From: Myxococcota bacterium | GTDB lineage: Bacteria; Myxococcota_A; UBA796; SXON01 | Direction of reading: 5' to 3' | Assembly: GCA_040386535.1 (NCBI GenBank) | Contig: JAZKFH010000055.1 | Span: 32,001 to 96,000, forward strand | DNA: 64,000 bases | Part shown: positions 1 to 9,607 of the stretch, in pieces | Layout: each line of letters opens with the position of its first letter | Position numbering within the stretch: position 1 is the first letter of the stretch | Translations under genes and position numbers: made by a program | Notes under the pieces: generated by a model | Seen by the model: only the letters and a program-made list of their open reading frames with translations | The model's database searches: none | Told to the model about the DNA's origin: nothing

Positions 1-2229
1 GCAGAGCGCGCGCCACGGATGTACACCGACCGGCTCGACCCGCGCACCGGCCTCCACGAGGTCGGCGATGGCGTCGGCCGCAGCCCTCGCGGCTTCTGGC
101 GAGGTGGCCGGCGGGATGCGCCAGGCTGTCGCGGGCGCGTCGCGCAGATCGAGCAGGGCGGCGCAGACCGCGAACACGCTGTCTCCGGACGGGCGGGCAC
201 GGTGCAAGGCGGCAGCGTGCGCGTCGAGCGCTCCGGCGAGCGTCGTGACCGAGCGGGTCGCGGCCTCGTAGAACCCGCCGGCGCCCGGCTCGCCGCGGCG
301 CATGGCGGCGGCGAACTGTTGCGTCACGGCGCGCTTGTTGGCCTTGTTGGAGTGCAGCTCCAGGCAGGCGTCGCCCACGCCCGCCTGATCGAGCCGGCGC
401 TGCACCACCTCGAGCGCGGCGAGCTTCTCGGCGACGAAGAGTACGGTCCTGCCACCGGCGAGGGCGGTGGCGATGATGTTGGCGATGGTCTGCGACTTGC
501 CCGTGCCCGGCGGCCCCTGCAACACGAAGGAGCGCCCCTCGGCGGCGGCGCGAACGGCGTCGAGCTGGCTCTGGTCGGCGTCCAGCACCAGCGGCAGGTG
601 CGTCGGCGCGAGCTGGCCGGTGTGGCGCGCTGCGGTCGGATCGCCGAGCGCGAGCAGACGCAGCACCGGGCTCTCCAGCAGCACCGCGGCGTTGTCGTTC
701 AGGTCCCGCCATAGGGTGAAGCGCGAGAAGGTGAAGGGGCCGAGCCAGGCCTGCTCGCGCACCTCCCACCCCGACTGCGCCGCAATGGCGGCGCGGACAC
801 GCGCGCAGATCCAGGCGACGTCGATGCCGCTGCCGTCCGCGGGCGGGTCGAGCAGCGCGCTGACGTCGATGCCGAAGTCCCGCGCGAGCTTCTCCACGAG
901 CGCGTGGTTGGGGAGGGGATCCTCGTCGCTTCGGCGCAGCTGCCAGGGCGCTCCGGCGCGCGCCTGCTCGAGCCGGGCCGGGTACAAGATCAACGGAGCG
1001 AGCCGAACTTCGCTCCCAGGTCGCTCACGCCACGCGAGCGCGCCCACGGCGCAGAACAGGATGTTGAAGCCTGCGTCCTCGATGGCGATACGAGCGTTTC
1101 GGGCAAGTGTCACCAGCCGGCGATCGAGCTCGGTCGTCGTCAGGGAACACTGTACCCACCCTTTGCGCAGTGCGTCCGCCTGGGCGGCCTCGGCCTCGGC
1201 GACATCGAGGGTCTTGGCTCGCGGCTGTTGGCCCACGAGACGTAGCGAGGTACCGCGGGCCAGCATGTCCTCGAACGCGCCGAGGTCGGTCTGGTCGAGG
1301 CAGACGAGGCTGCGGCCGTCGGCACGGAAATGCAGCAGACGGTTGCGGAGGGAGAGGTCGAGAAGCAGGTCCCGCCACCGGTCGATGCGGGGCACGGGGC
1401 CGCCGCCGTCCAGCAGGGCGGCGAGCAGCTGGGTGGCGTCGGCGGGCCGGGCGAGGGGATCGACGCTGAGAGCCGAACGCAGCACTCGCCGAACGGCGAC
1501 CGGCGCGTCGGGCACGTGGCGCTCGATGGGGATGTGTCGGCCGTCGGCGACCGCGACATAGACGTCCATGTCGGTCTCACCCTCGAAGGGCAGCCGGCCG
1601 CTGACCAACTCGTACAGCATCACGCCGAGCGACCAGACATCGGAGCGCGCATCGACCGAGGACGGATCGCGCAGCTGCTCGGGGCTCATGTACGCGGGCG
1701 TTCCCATGCGGGTGCCGACGCGCGTACGGGCTGGGCCGGCTTCGGCGGGGCGCCCGATCTTTGCGATCCCGAAGTCTACGAGCATGGGCCGCGGCCCCGC
1801 CGGCCCGAGCTCGATGAGCACGTTGGCGGGCTTCAGATCACGGTGCACCACGCCGCGGTCGTGGACCGTCCCCACCACCGCGAGCAGCGCACGGAACAGG
1901 CCAAGCCGCGCCGCGACGTTCACCCCCTCGGCCCACACGTCCAGGGTGTCGCCGGGCACGCGGCGCATCACGAAGCCGGCCACGCCCGGCTCCACCACGA
2001 TGTCGGTCACCTCGACGACACCGGGCAGGCGGATCGTCGCGAGCAGGCGTGCCTCGTCGAGGAACCGGCGCCGCACCTCGACGTTCACCACGTGCTCCGG
2101 GCGCAGCACCTTCAGCGCGCCTGGTGCCCCGAGAACGTGGTGGCGCACGGCGTACACGATGGACATCCCGCCTTCGCCGAGCAAGCCCTCGACGACGTAG
2201 GCGCCGACGATGTCTCCGATCGCGAGCAT
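1..2229 (-). CDS. Ser/Thr protein kinase fused to DUF4011 and SF1 (UPF1-like) helicase, Hhe/DUF3320-like; 3' end runs off the window
   Basis: Not in the ORF track because it is open at the window edge. Manual translation from ATG 2229 gives MLAIGDIVGAYVVEGLLGEGGMSIVY...ALKVL...HRDLKPANVL...DFGIAK...GTPAYMSPEQ, then RWRDLLLDLSLRNRLLHF (DUF4011-type start), then ADQSQLDAV...FVLQGPPGTGKSQTIANII...VLFVAEKLAALEVVQRRL...CLELHSNK. Confidence 0.88.
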   Translation of the reverse strand, partial: MLAIGDIVGAYVVEGLLGEGGMSIVYAVRHHVLGAPGALKVLRPEHVVNVEVRRRFLDEARLLATIRLPGVVEVTDIVVEPGVAGFVMRRVPGDTLDVWAEGVNVAARLGLFRALLAVVGTVHDRGVVHRDLKPANVLIELGPAGPRPMLVDFGIAKIGRPAEAGPARTRVGTRMGTPAYMSPEQLRDPSSVDARSDVWSLGVMLYELVSGRLPFEGETDMDVYVAVADGRHIPIERHVPDAPVAVRRVLRSALSVDPLARPADATQLLAALLDGGGPVPRIDRWRDLLLDLSLRNRLLHFRADGRSLVCLDQTDLGAFEDMLARGTSLRLVGQQPRAKTLDVAEAEAAQADALRKGWVQCSLTTTELDRRLVTLARNARIAIEDAGFNILFCAVGALAWRERPGSEVRLAPLILYPARLEQARAGAPWQLRRSDEDPLPNHALVEKLARDFGIDVSALLDPPADGSGIDVAWICARVRAAIAAQSGWEVREQAWLGPFTFSRFTLWRDLNDNAAVLLESPVLRLLALGDPTAARHTGQLAPTHLPLVLDADQSQLDAVRAAAEGRSFVLQGPPGTGKSQTIANIIATALAGGRTVLFVAEKLAALEVVQRRLDQAGVGDACLELHSNKANKRAVTQQFAAAMRRGEPGAGGFYEAATRSVTTLAGALDAHAAALHRARPSGDSVFAVCAALLDLRDAPATAWRIPPATSPEAARAAADAIADLVEAGARVEPVGVHPWRALC

Positions 2230-2907
2230 TGACTACCTGGGAGCGGGGAGAGGTATCTCGACGGAGCGCTCGCTTGGCGTGGACACGGTGCGAGTCTCAG
2301 ACACGAAGCGCTTCCCAACGTCGGGCGCGCTGCGTAGCGGGGCGTGTAGAAAGCGGGGGATCGTCGAGGAGGTGGCTGAGCCCCCGTGGGGCTCGTACTG
2401 GCCACCGAGGTTGCTCCTTGGGCCCGATCATGGCGGGCGCACGGTACCACGGGCTGATGGTGGGGCGGGATCGGGCGGAGACGTCGGTATTCATGTGGAC
2501 TCGCCTCGTACGGACGGTCGTTCGGGTGCCGCGAGAGGCCCGGCCGCGCCGCGCGCCCCTCAACTCGGAAGGGTCCACCAGGATCAATGTGGACCAGTTG
2601 GTGATGATCTTCGGGCGTTGCGCTCTGGGAAGCCATGCGGCGAGATCAGCCGCATGACCGTACCGGCCGGCTCGCAGCCGCGATCGAAAAATCTCGGGCC
2701 CACCGGACGGCGTGCGGGTGCCCCGCGCGGCGAGGCGGCGCACCGGCTGGCCGCGGACCTGAGGCCGTTTTGGTGGCCGGGGTCGGAGGACATCGCGGGG
2801 TCAAGCCGCACCACCGGACGGAGCTATGGTAGAAGAAGGCACGGCGGTGCGGACCTGCTGGTGATAGCCAGCGATCCATCCGATGAATCTACTTCAGCGA
2901 GAATGAC

Positions 2908-3921
2908 ATGAGTGACAAGCCCACAGCCGAGTCCGAACTTCAATCTGGTCTGACCGGCAAGCTGCTGGCCGTGTTCGATTCCGGGGTCGAGAGCCGCAGA
3001 GGCTTCTACGAGGCCAACCCGGACAAGGTGCCGTCGACCCGGGAGATCGATTCGATCATCTCCGCCTGTGCGAACACCAACGCCGTGATTTCAGGTGGAC
3101 TCAGTCTCCTTCCGGGCCCGTGGGGACTCGTCGCCATCATCCCGCAGATGGTGTTGGTGATCCAGAATCAGGTCAAGATGATCTACGACATCGGCGTAGC
3201 GAGCGGGAAGCAGAGCGTCCTCACCCGGGAGCTCATCCTGAGCATCGCGCTCTCCGCCTCCGGAGTCAGTGGCATGAGCCTTCTGACCATGCACGGAAGC
3301 AAGATCTTGGTGCGGCGCTCTTCGGTCCGCGTGTTCCAGAAGCTCGTTGCGATGTTCGCCGGCAAGGTCACTCAGCAGGTACTGAAGAAGTCGATTGCCC
3401 TGTGGTTACCGATCATCGGCGCCGCGGGGATTGCGGTGTGGACCCGCTACAGCACGGCCGAAATCGGACGGAAGGCCAAAGAGATCTTCGCCCACGAAAT
3501 CGAGATCCTCCCTGAAGGCGACGCCGATGAGGAGTCTGTCGTAGTTGGGGACGCCGTTGGGACCGCGTCGTCGTTAGAAGCGCTCATGGTCGCCAAGCTT
3601 CTTCTGCTCGATGATCTCATGAAGTGCGACGGCGAAGCGGCGCCTGCGGAACACGCATTCATCAACGAACTGCTCAGTCGCAGCGGACTCGGGCCCGAAA
3701 GCCGGATGCTCCTGATCAAACGCTTTGATGAGCCGTCCCCCAGAGTGGTGGACCTCGCTCCTTTCCGGGCCGATCGGGACGAGGCGATCGGCCTCCTCAT
3801 TGACCTCGCGGCCATGGCCAAGAGGGACGGGAGCCTGAAGGACTCGGAGCGCGCGTTCGTTGTCCGGACCGCGCACGAAGTCGGCCTCGGGGAGAACCAG
3901 GTCGCAGCCGCGCTCGCCTGA
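2908..3921 (+). CDS. EcsC-like protein with C-terminal TerB-like helical repeats
   Basis: N-terminal region GGLSLLPGPWG...QVKMIYDIG...LPIIGAAG resembles EcsC/DUF697. The C-terminus has two TerB-like motifs, MKCDGEAAPAEHAFI and MAKRDGSLKDSERAFV. Confidence 0.65.
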   Translation: MSDKPTAESELQSGLTGKLLAVFDSGVESRRGFYEANPDKVPSTREIDSIISACANTNAVISGGLSLLPGPWGLVAIIPQMVLVIQNQVKMIYDIGVASGKQSVLTRELILSIALSASGVSGMSLLTMHGSKILVRRSSVRVFQKLVAMFAGKVTQQVLKKSIALWLPIIGAAGIAVWTRYSTAEIGRKAKEIFAHEIEILPEGDADEESVVVGDAVGTASSLEALMVAKLLLLDDLMKCDGEAAPAEHAFINELLSRSGLGPESRMLLIKRFDEPSPRVVDLAPFRADRDEAIGLLIDLAAMAKRDGSLKDSERAFVVRTAHEVGLGENQVAAALA

Positions 3922-4077
3922 CGCACGGAATGCCGGCCGGTAGGCCGGCATTCCGTCGCTTCCAGGTCTTGGCCGTCACGCTGTCGGGGTGGTGGTCCGC
4001 CGGAAAGCCTCCTCCGGACTCGCCGCCAACGTCTCGGGATGACGTTGGTGGGTTAGCCCATCGTGCGCTGAGAACTC

Positions 4078-6252
4078 ATGACCGCATCAACCCTCCCGAC
4101 CCCTCCCGCGGCCCCGTCGCCCGCCCCACGCCCGATTATGGCGTCCGCCCGAACCGGCTCCAAGAAGCTCGGGCTTCACGTCACCTGGCGCTACTCCTTC
4201 GTGGGGCCAGGGTCCACGTTGGCGCCAATTCGTGGGTGTGTATGCCTGGACGTAGGGAACGCGCTGCTGGCGGGCGTGTTGGACACCCATGGGGGCGGCA
4301 CGCGGGCGGACAGCACGGCCCAACTCGTCATCGCCCACCCTGAGCTGGTATACGAGCATCTGCTCGGCGCATACCTGGACCGCGCTGATAACGGTGAGGA
4401 CCTCTCCGGTAAGGAGTTCGCGCCCGTCGTGCTCACCCACGTCGCCCCCGATTTTGACGCGGTCGTGGCAACGCTGTTCGTGCAGGCGCTCATCGAGGAC
4501 GGGGAGCTTCCATGGTGGGCCCCGGCGCTGGCGGCGTATGCCGCGGAGGTGGATCAGGGGCGGTATCGCCCGCGGGAGGTGCTGGCGCGGGCAGGGAGGG
4601 AGCCCACCCCGACAGACGTGGCAGCGGCGCTGCTGTCCCCTGTGCATGCCGCCTTCCTGGCCGTCCAGTGGCTCGCGATGGAGGAGAAACGCGACCACGA
4701 ATGGGCGCTCACCAGCGGGCTGGCGCTGGTACGCAGGGTGGCCGAGGCGGTGGCAAAAGAGAAGGCAGGAGCGTTGACGGGGTCGAGCTTCTACGCCTTC
4801 CAACCGGGTGCTGACGCCTGGAAGCGAGACCCCGGAAACGCAAAGCTGTCTACGATGCTGGACGAGGAACCCGGGCGATGGAAGGCGGATTTCGAGGACG
4901 CCGAGAAGCTGGCAATTCCACTACCAGCTACTGATGGCCGGTCCCTCCAAGTCAGCGCGCTGCTCCTCGCGCGCCCTCCCGAGTCGCGACTCAACAAATA
5001 TTGGGCACGAAGCTTCGGGTTTGTGTATTTCGTATGTCCCTATGGAGCCGGGGTTGATGGTTCGAATCCCACCTATCCGAAGGTGGTCCTTTCCTTGGAT
5101 CCGCTATGGGACGACGCGGGAGCGAAGCCAAGTCTGCTCGGCCTTGGCTTCGCGCTGGAGCGCGAGGAGCGAAAACACCGCGAGGCGCAGGGACGCGATG
5201 AGCGCATCCCGATCCCCCGGTATGCGGACGGCTCCTGCGACAACGACGATCCCTGGTACGACGGGCGCGCCCACGGCCACACCATCGTCGACGCTCCCCG
5301 CGAGGGAACCCGGCTTCCCTACTCGAAAGTCCGGGAGATCGCCTGTTCGCCGTTCTGGGAGCCGCCCATCCATGATGTGAGGATTACCGTCGTTCGCCGC
5401 GCATTGGGCGAGACTTTGCCTCCCCTCTCAGGGAGCAAGCTGGACACCCTGCGTGTCGGGGTCCACGAGGTCGTGACACTTACCCAGACGGTGGTGACCC
5501 TCGACGCCCTCGAAAAGTGGCTGACCGTCGCTATCGAGGCCGGCCATTCTCCCATTCGGGTCGCCGCTCGCCACATCAACCCGTTCTGGCCAGTGGACTC
5601 GGTGCTCAACCGGCTGGCCCGCCGCTTCGGCGCTCCGCACGAGCTCGACGCGCAGTCCGTGTATCTGGGGAGTGGGGTCCTGTGGGCGGTGCCGCGGGAA
5701 GGGCAGGTTTCCGGTTCGGCCGCAAAAGAAGCGGCCTTCGCGGAGGTCGCGCGGCTCGACATCCGATTGGAGGAATTCGCCTTGGAGATGCGCCGCGCGG
5801 TCTCCAAACGGCCTGCCAAGGGCGCACGCGACCGGGTGATCGCCCTCAGGAACCTGGCCATGGGGACCGGGAGAGGCTTGGCCCAACTACGCCGAGATTT
5901 CCTCGACTTCCGGGTGAGTAAGCTCGACACCGCGGATGGCGGGAGCTCGCGCTGGGATCCTGCAGCCATCGCGCTGGCAGAGCGGCTGCGGCTGCGCGAG
6001 AGAGCCGAGCACACGAAGGAGAACCTGGACGAACTGGCGGGCATCGAGGGCCAACTCAACCAGAAGGTGTTCGAGGGCCTCGCCGTGCTGATCGGCGTGG
6101 CCGGCGTTGCTCAGACCGTCGCGGCCGTGTTCGCCATGTCCGCGGAGCAGCGGACGTCACCCTTCTGGATGATGTTCTGGGGCTTGACGTTGGTTCCCGT
6201 CCTCATCGCGATCGGGTTGATCTGGCGACGGGACGCGGGCACCGGGGGCTGA
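4078..6252 (+). CDS. Putative DHH/MYG1-like phosphoesterase domain with a C-terminal two-TM (CorA-like) tail
   Basis: 724-aa ORF with motifs LDVGN..GVLDTH and THVAPDFDAVVAT. A long helical region leads to two hydrophobic segments at the C-terminus (GLAVLIGVAGVAQTVAAVFAMS; FWMMFWGLTLVPVLIAIGLIW). Confidence 0.55.
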   Translation: MTASTLPTPPAAPSPAPRPIMASARTGSKKLGLHVTWRYSFVGPGSTLAPIRGCVCLDVGNALLAGVLDTHGGGTRADSTAQLVIAHPELVYEHLLGAYLDRADNGEDLSGKEFAPVVLTHVAPDFDAVVATLFVQALIEDGELPWWAPALAAYAAEVDQGRYRPREVLARAGREPTPTDVAAALLSPVHAAFLAVQWLAMEEKRDHEWALTSGLALVRRVAEAVAKEKAGALTGSSFYAFQPGADAWKRDPGNAKLSTMLDEEPGRWKADFEDAEKLAIPLPATDGRSLQVSALLLARPPESRLNKYWARSFGFVYFVCPYGAGVDGSNPTYPKVVLSLDPLWDDAGAKPSLLGLGFALEREERKHREAQGRDERIPIPRYADGSCDNDDPWYDGRAHGHTIVDAPREGTRLPYSKVREIACSPFWEPPIHDVRITVVRRALGETLPPLSGSKLDTLRVGVHEVVTLTQTVVTLDALEKWLTVAIEAGHSPIRVAARHINPFWPVDSVLNRLARRFGAPHELDAQSVYLGSGVLWAVPREGQVSGSAAKEAAFAEVARLDIRLEEFALEMRRAVSKRPAKGARDRVIALRNLAMGTGRGLAQLRRDFLDFRVSKLDTADGGSSRWDPAAIALAERLRLRERAEHTKENLDELAGIEGQLNQKVFEGLAVLIGVAGVAQTVAAVFAMSAEQRTSPFWMMFWGLTLVPVLIAIGLIWRRDAGTGG

Positions 6253-6279
6253 AGGGCCATCCCGGTGCACGCGGCTGCG

Positions 6280-9200
6280 TCAGCTCGCTTCCGGAACCTG
6301 CGCTTGCGCGCTGGTGAGGTGCCGGCTCACGTAGGTGCTCAGCTGGATGACGGCGGAGGTCACGCTCCTGGCCACGCCGTCCGTCCCGAGCTCGTCGATT
6401 GTCACGGGAAGGAGCGCCTCGTATCCGAGAGCTTTCCATTCCGAGTCGGCCAGCGGTGTCCACCCGTGGCCGAGCGCGGGATTGCACGACTCGGCGATCT
6501 GTCGGCGTGCCTCGCGATATTCGGGGCCCTTGGTCGCGTGGGTGGAGTAGAAGCCGACCACGACCTTCACCTTCTTCCCATACTTCGAGGTAAACCAAAT
6601 GGAGATCCCGTGGCGGTCGTCCGCGGGGAGCCACAGCTCGCCGTCGTTGTTTTCGACCAGATCGATCTCCTCGGGCGAGCTGATCTCCCGTGGCGCGTAG
6701 TAGAGCTGCTTGGGGAGCCGCTGGCGCAACTGGCGGAGGAGCACTCGGCCGGCTTCGGGCCAGTCAAGCGCGGGCGCGCCCTGGCCAGCAGCGGTGTGTT
6801 CGCTCTCGGCGATGTCCAGCGGGGTGGCGGCCTGCGGAGTGACAAGCTGGGGGGCAGCTGCCGTGGCCGCCAACGGGGGAGCACCAACTGCGGCGCGCAG
6901 CCAGCCCGCGATCGCCACGCACGCTGGGTCGACGCGAAGCATTTCGTCGGCGATATTCGGGAACTGCGCCGCCCCGGAGATCTTGGGGTGTCCCGGTGGC
7001 AGGTGGAGCGCCGCGGCCGCTCCCGCCAAGAGCTCCGAGCGCTCCGTGGGAGGCAGCGTGCTCCAGAATCCGACGTTCAGCACGACACCTCCGCTGGAGT
7101 ATGCGGTCAACAGGGACGGCGACCCCGAAGTCGACTTCAGCGTGAAGCTCCCCGACTGTTGTCCGCGACCCCAGGCCTGCTTCAGCCACGCGCTAGCGAC
7201 CAGGTCGCGACCCACGTTGAAGAGGGTGCGATGAAGCGCGACAAGCGCCGGTGACAACGCCCGTGTCTCCAGTTCGGCGAAATAGGTGCCTTCATCCCAG
7301 GACCGTTTACCCGGCACCTCTCCCTTCTGCAGCGACGCCTCGGACCCGGCGACAGAGGCGGCGTCGTCCACCGCCCGTTCGACGAACCTCTCGGCGAGAA
7401 ACGCGAGCGTGTCCGCATCCCTCAACCTGCACGCCGTGAGCGGCGATGCGAACATCCCTGCCTTCGTGATGGCTTCCTCCGACGGGAAGGTGGTCTGCCA
7501 CCGGATCGCGCGGCCGTACTCCGCCTCGTCCGCATGCACCATGTCGTTCTTGAGCATCGCAAGGCGTGTAGTGGGGCTGATGCTCTGCTGCGATAGCGGC
7601 TGACCATCCTCCGTTACGAACGCGTCTAAGCGGACTGCGGTGCCCGTAACGACGGTGCCTAGCCCGACGTACCCCTTGCCGGACTCGTAGGCGTAGACCG
7701 TATCTCCCGCCTTCAGGTTCTCGGCGCACTTTCGGTATCGGACGGCCCCGCCCGCACACCAAAGCCCATGAGTTCGCATGTCCGGCCAGGAGCGCCCGCC
7801 AGTGTTCAGGTACCAGATGGTTTGCTCTCCCTGGGGGACGGCCGTGAGTGCGGACTCGTCTCCTTCTTCCTCTCGTCCACGAGTCGCCGGGCCCATTGCC
7901 GCGACCGAAGACGCGCCGACGCTCTGGGGAGCGAGCACGCCTTCCTTCGTCCTGGCCTCTTGCGGCGTCCGGAGATTCGGCGCATCATCCCGCGCTTCAA
8001 AGCGCAGGGCCATGGAAATGGGTTTGCCGGCGACGCGGGCCAGCAATTCGACCGCGAGCGCGCAGAGCTTCGAAGCGTTCCAGTTGACGTTTACGTAGCC
8101 TCCCGGCACTGGCTTGTGCGGTTGCTTGAACGGGGTGCGGGAGAGCAGAACGGCGCCGCCGGAAGTTGCGGGTGCGTCGAACGGGAGATGGTACCCGCTT
8201 GCCCCGAGGTACTCAACGGCCGCCGCGAGCACTTCGTTGTAGTGCCTGATGGGAAGAGATGGGGCATCGCCGATCTGCACCGCCTTCAGCGGCGGGCGAT
8301 CGGTGAGATCAACCGGCCAGGCCTCCCAGATGGGGGGCGCAGCGCTCGGAACCGAGCGAGCGGTCTGCCCGTGCTCGGAGGCTTCCGGGCGCCCGGGTGC
8401 AACCTCGGCTTCGGTTGGCGCCGCTGGCCTCCCGATTGGGGGGACCGGGTGTGCCTGAGTCGAGTGCGCCGCGAGGTATCGTCCGTGCATCTCCGATACG
8501 TCTTCTTCGTTCAACCCGAGCAGCGCGCGGATGCCGTCGAGCCGTTCCCGCTCGGCGGAAGAAACCCCCTCGAGGGCGGCGAGGTCTAGGACACGCTCGT
8601 AGACCTCCTTCGCCCGAACCTGGACGGACACAGCCGCTGGGGAGCTGGGGGAGGGGTCCCGCGGCCACGGCGTCGCGTTGTAGTTGAATGGAAAGAGGCG
8701 GTCACCACGACGCTTTCCGGTCAATTTGACGAGGTACTCTCCCTTGTCGAACCACTCGCGAAAGACTGCGGTGACCTTCACCGGATTCTCGTATTGGGCC
8801 TGGCACTCCATTTGGAAGGTACCATCAGTGGCCCGGGTGGCCGGTGCGCCCGGCGTCACCCAGACGTATCTGGTGAGCGTTTCCAGCACCTTGGGGCTGC
8901 TCAAAACCTCGGCCAGCGCCGGAAGCAGAACCCCGGCGATGGCAGTGTTGAGATCGTCGTCCTCCGCAGGGAAGTTCTTCTCGACGGAGTGAGAAACGTG
9001 GTTGCGATAGGCGAGCACGTGCCCGAAGAACTCGTCGAGGCTCAGCTTGCCCTGGTCCTTTTCGGCCAGCTTCGCGGCGAGTCCGCCGACGACCTTGCCA
9101 GGAGGACGGCCAGAGGCGATCTGGTCGGACAGGTAGCACCAGGCGCGCCCGAAGAGCGCTGCCTTGGGGAGCGACTCGGAGGCCACCCTGACACGCATGT

Positions 9201-9531
9201 CGAGGTCGAGCACACCAGCCCCGCGTTCCCCGAAGTCTTGGTCCGCAAGCGCCCGGAGGAGGGTGAGCCAGTGCCCCATGGAGGCCTTGTCGTTCGTGGC
9301 GCGGATGGCCCGCTCCACGGTCTCCACCTTGGCGTCGCTCGCGACGTAGTCCCACCATCCCATCCAGGAGAGGTACTGGAGGGTGACGAAGGACGCCCGC
9401 ATCGCCTGCCAGTTCTTGCGGCGAGCCTCCGTAGCGTTGGTGATCTCTCGAATCTCGACCGCGATCGGCTTGGGAAGAGTTTGCTTGTCGAGGAGCAATT
9501 CAAGCGGATCCGGCTGATCGTCAATGTCCAT
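6280..9531 (-). CDS. Large multidomain protein: HEPN-like N-terminus, TerB-like helix pair, EVE/PUA-like domain and further restriction-associated-type modules
   Basis: Start reassigned to ATG 9531 (MDIDDQPDPL). Contains the RxxxxH motif RNHVSH, the segment GVSSAERERLDGIRALLGL, and the EVE/PUA-like stretch WYLNTGGRSWPDM...LKAGDTVYAYESGKGYVGLGTV. Pro/Ala linkers separate the modules. Confidence 0.6.
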   Translation of the reverse strand: MDIDDQPDPLELLLDKQTLPKPIAVEIREITNATEARRKNWQAMRASFVTLQYLSWMGWWDYVASDAKVETVERAIRATNDKASMGHWLTLLRALADQDFGERGAGVLDLDMRVRVASESLPKAALFGRAWCYLSDQIASGRPPGKVVGGLAAKLAEKDQGKLSLDEFFGHVLAYRNHVSHSVEKNFPAEDDDLNTAIAGVLLPALAEVLSSPKVLETLTRYVWVTPGAPATRATDGTFQMECQAQYENPVKVTAVFREWFDKGEYLVKLTGKRRGDRLFPFNYNATPWPRDPSPSSPAAVSVQVRAKEVYERVLDLAALEGVSSAERERLDGIRALLGLNEEDVSEMHGRYLAAHSTQAHPVPPIGRPAAPTEAEVAPGRPEASEHGQTARSVPSAAPPIWEAWPVDLTDRPPLKAVQIGDAPSLPIRHYNEVLAAAVEYLGASGYHLPFDAPATSGGAVLLSRTPFKQPHKPVPGGYVNVNWNASKLCALAVELLARVAGKPISMALRFEARDDAPNLRTPQEARTKEGVLAPQSVGASSVAAMGPATRGREEEGDESALTAVPQGEQTIWYLNTGGRSWPDMRTHGLWCAGGAVRYRKCAENLKAGDTVYAYESGKGYVGLGTVVTGTAVRLDAFVTEDGQPLSQQSISPTTRLAMLKNDMVHADEAEYGRAIRWQTTFPSEEAITKAGMFASPLTACRLRDADTLAFLAERFVERAVDDAASVAGSEASLQKGEVPGKRSWDEGTYFAELETRALSPALVALHRTLFNVGRDLVASAWLKQAWGRGQQSGSFTLKSTSGSPSLLTAYSSGGVVLNVGFWSTLPPTERSELLAGAAAALHLPPGHPKISGAAQFPNIADEMLRVDPACVAIAGWLRAAVGAPPLAATAAAPQLVTPQAATPLDIAESEHTAAGQGAPALDWPEAGRVLLRQLRQRLPKQLYYAPREISSPEEIDLVENNDGELWLPADDRHGISIWFTSKYGKKVKVVVGFYSTHATKGPEYREARRQIAESCNPALGHGWTPLADSEWKALGYEALLPVTIDELGTDGVARSVTSAVIQLSTYVSRHLTSAQAQVPEAS

Positions 9532-9607
9532 GCGTCGGCTCTCGGGGGGCGCATGGTAGCACACGGCCTCGACCCCGAAGTTGCGTGTGACCCCGACCCA
9601 GCTGTGC

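Noticed and set aside
2230..2907. Possible gene or ncRNA in the 680-nt gap
   Set aside because: The ORFs there lack recognisable motifs and I could not support a structured RNA by eye; it is probably a divergent promoter region or a decayed remnant.
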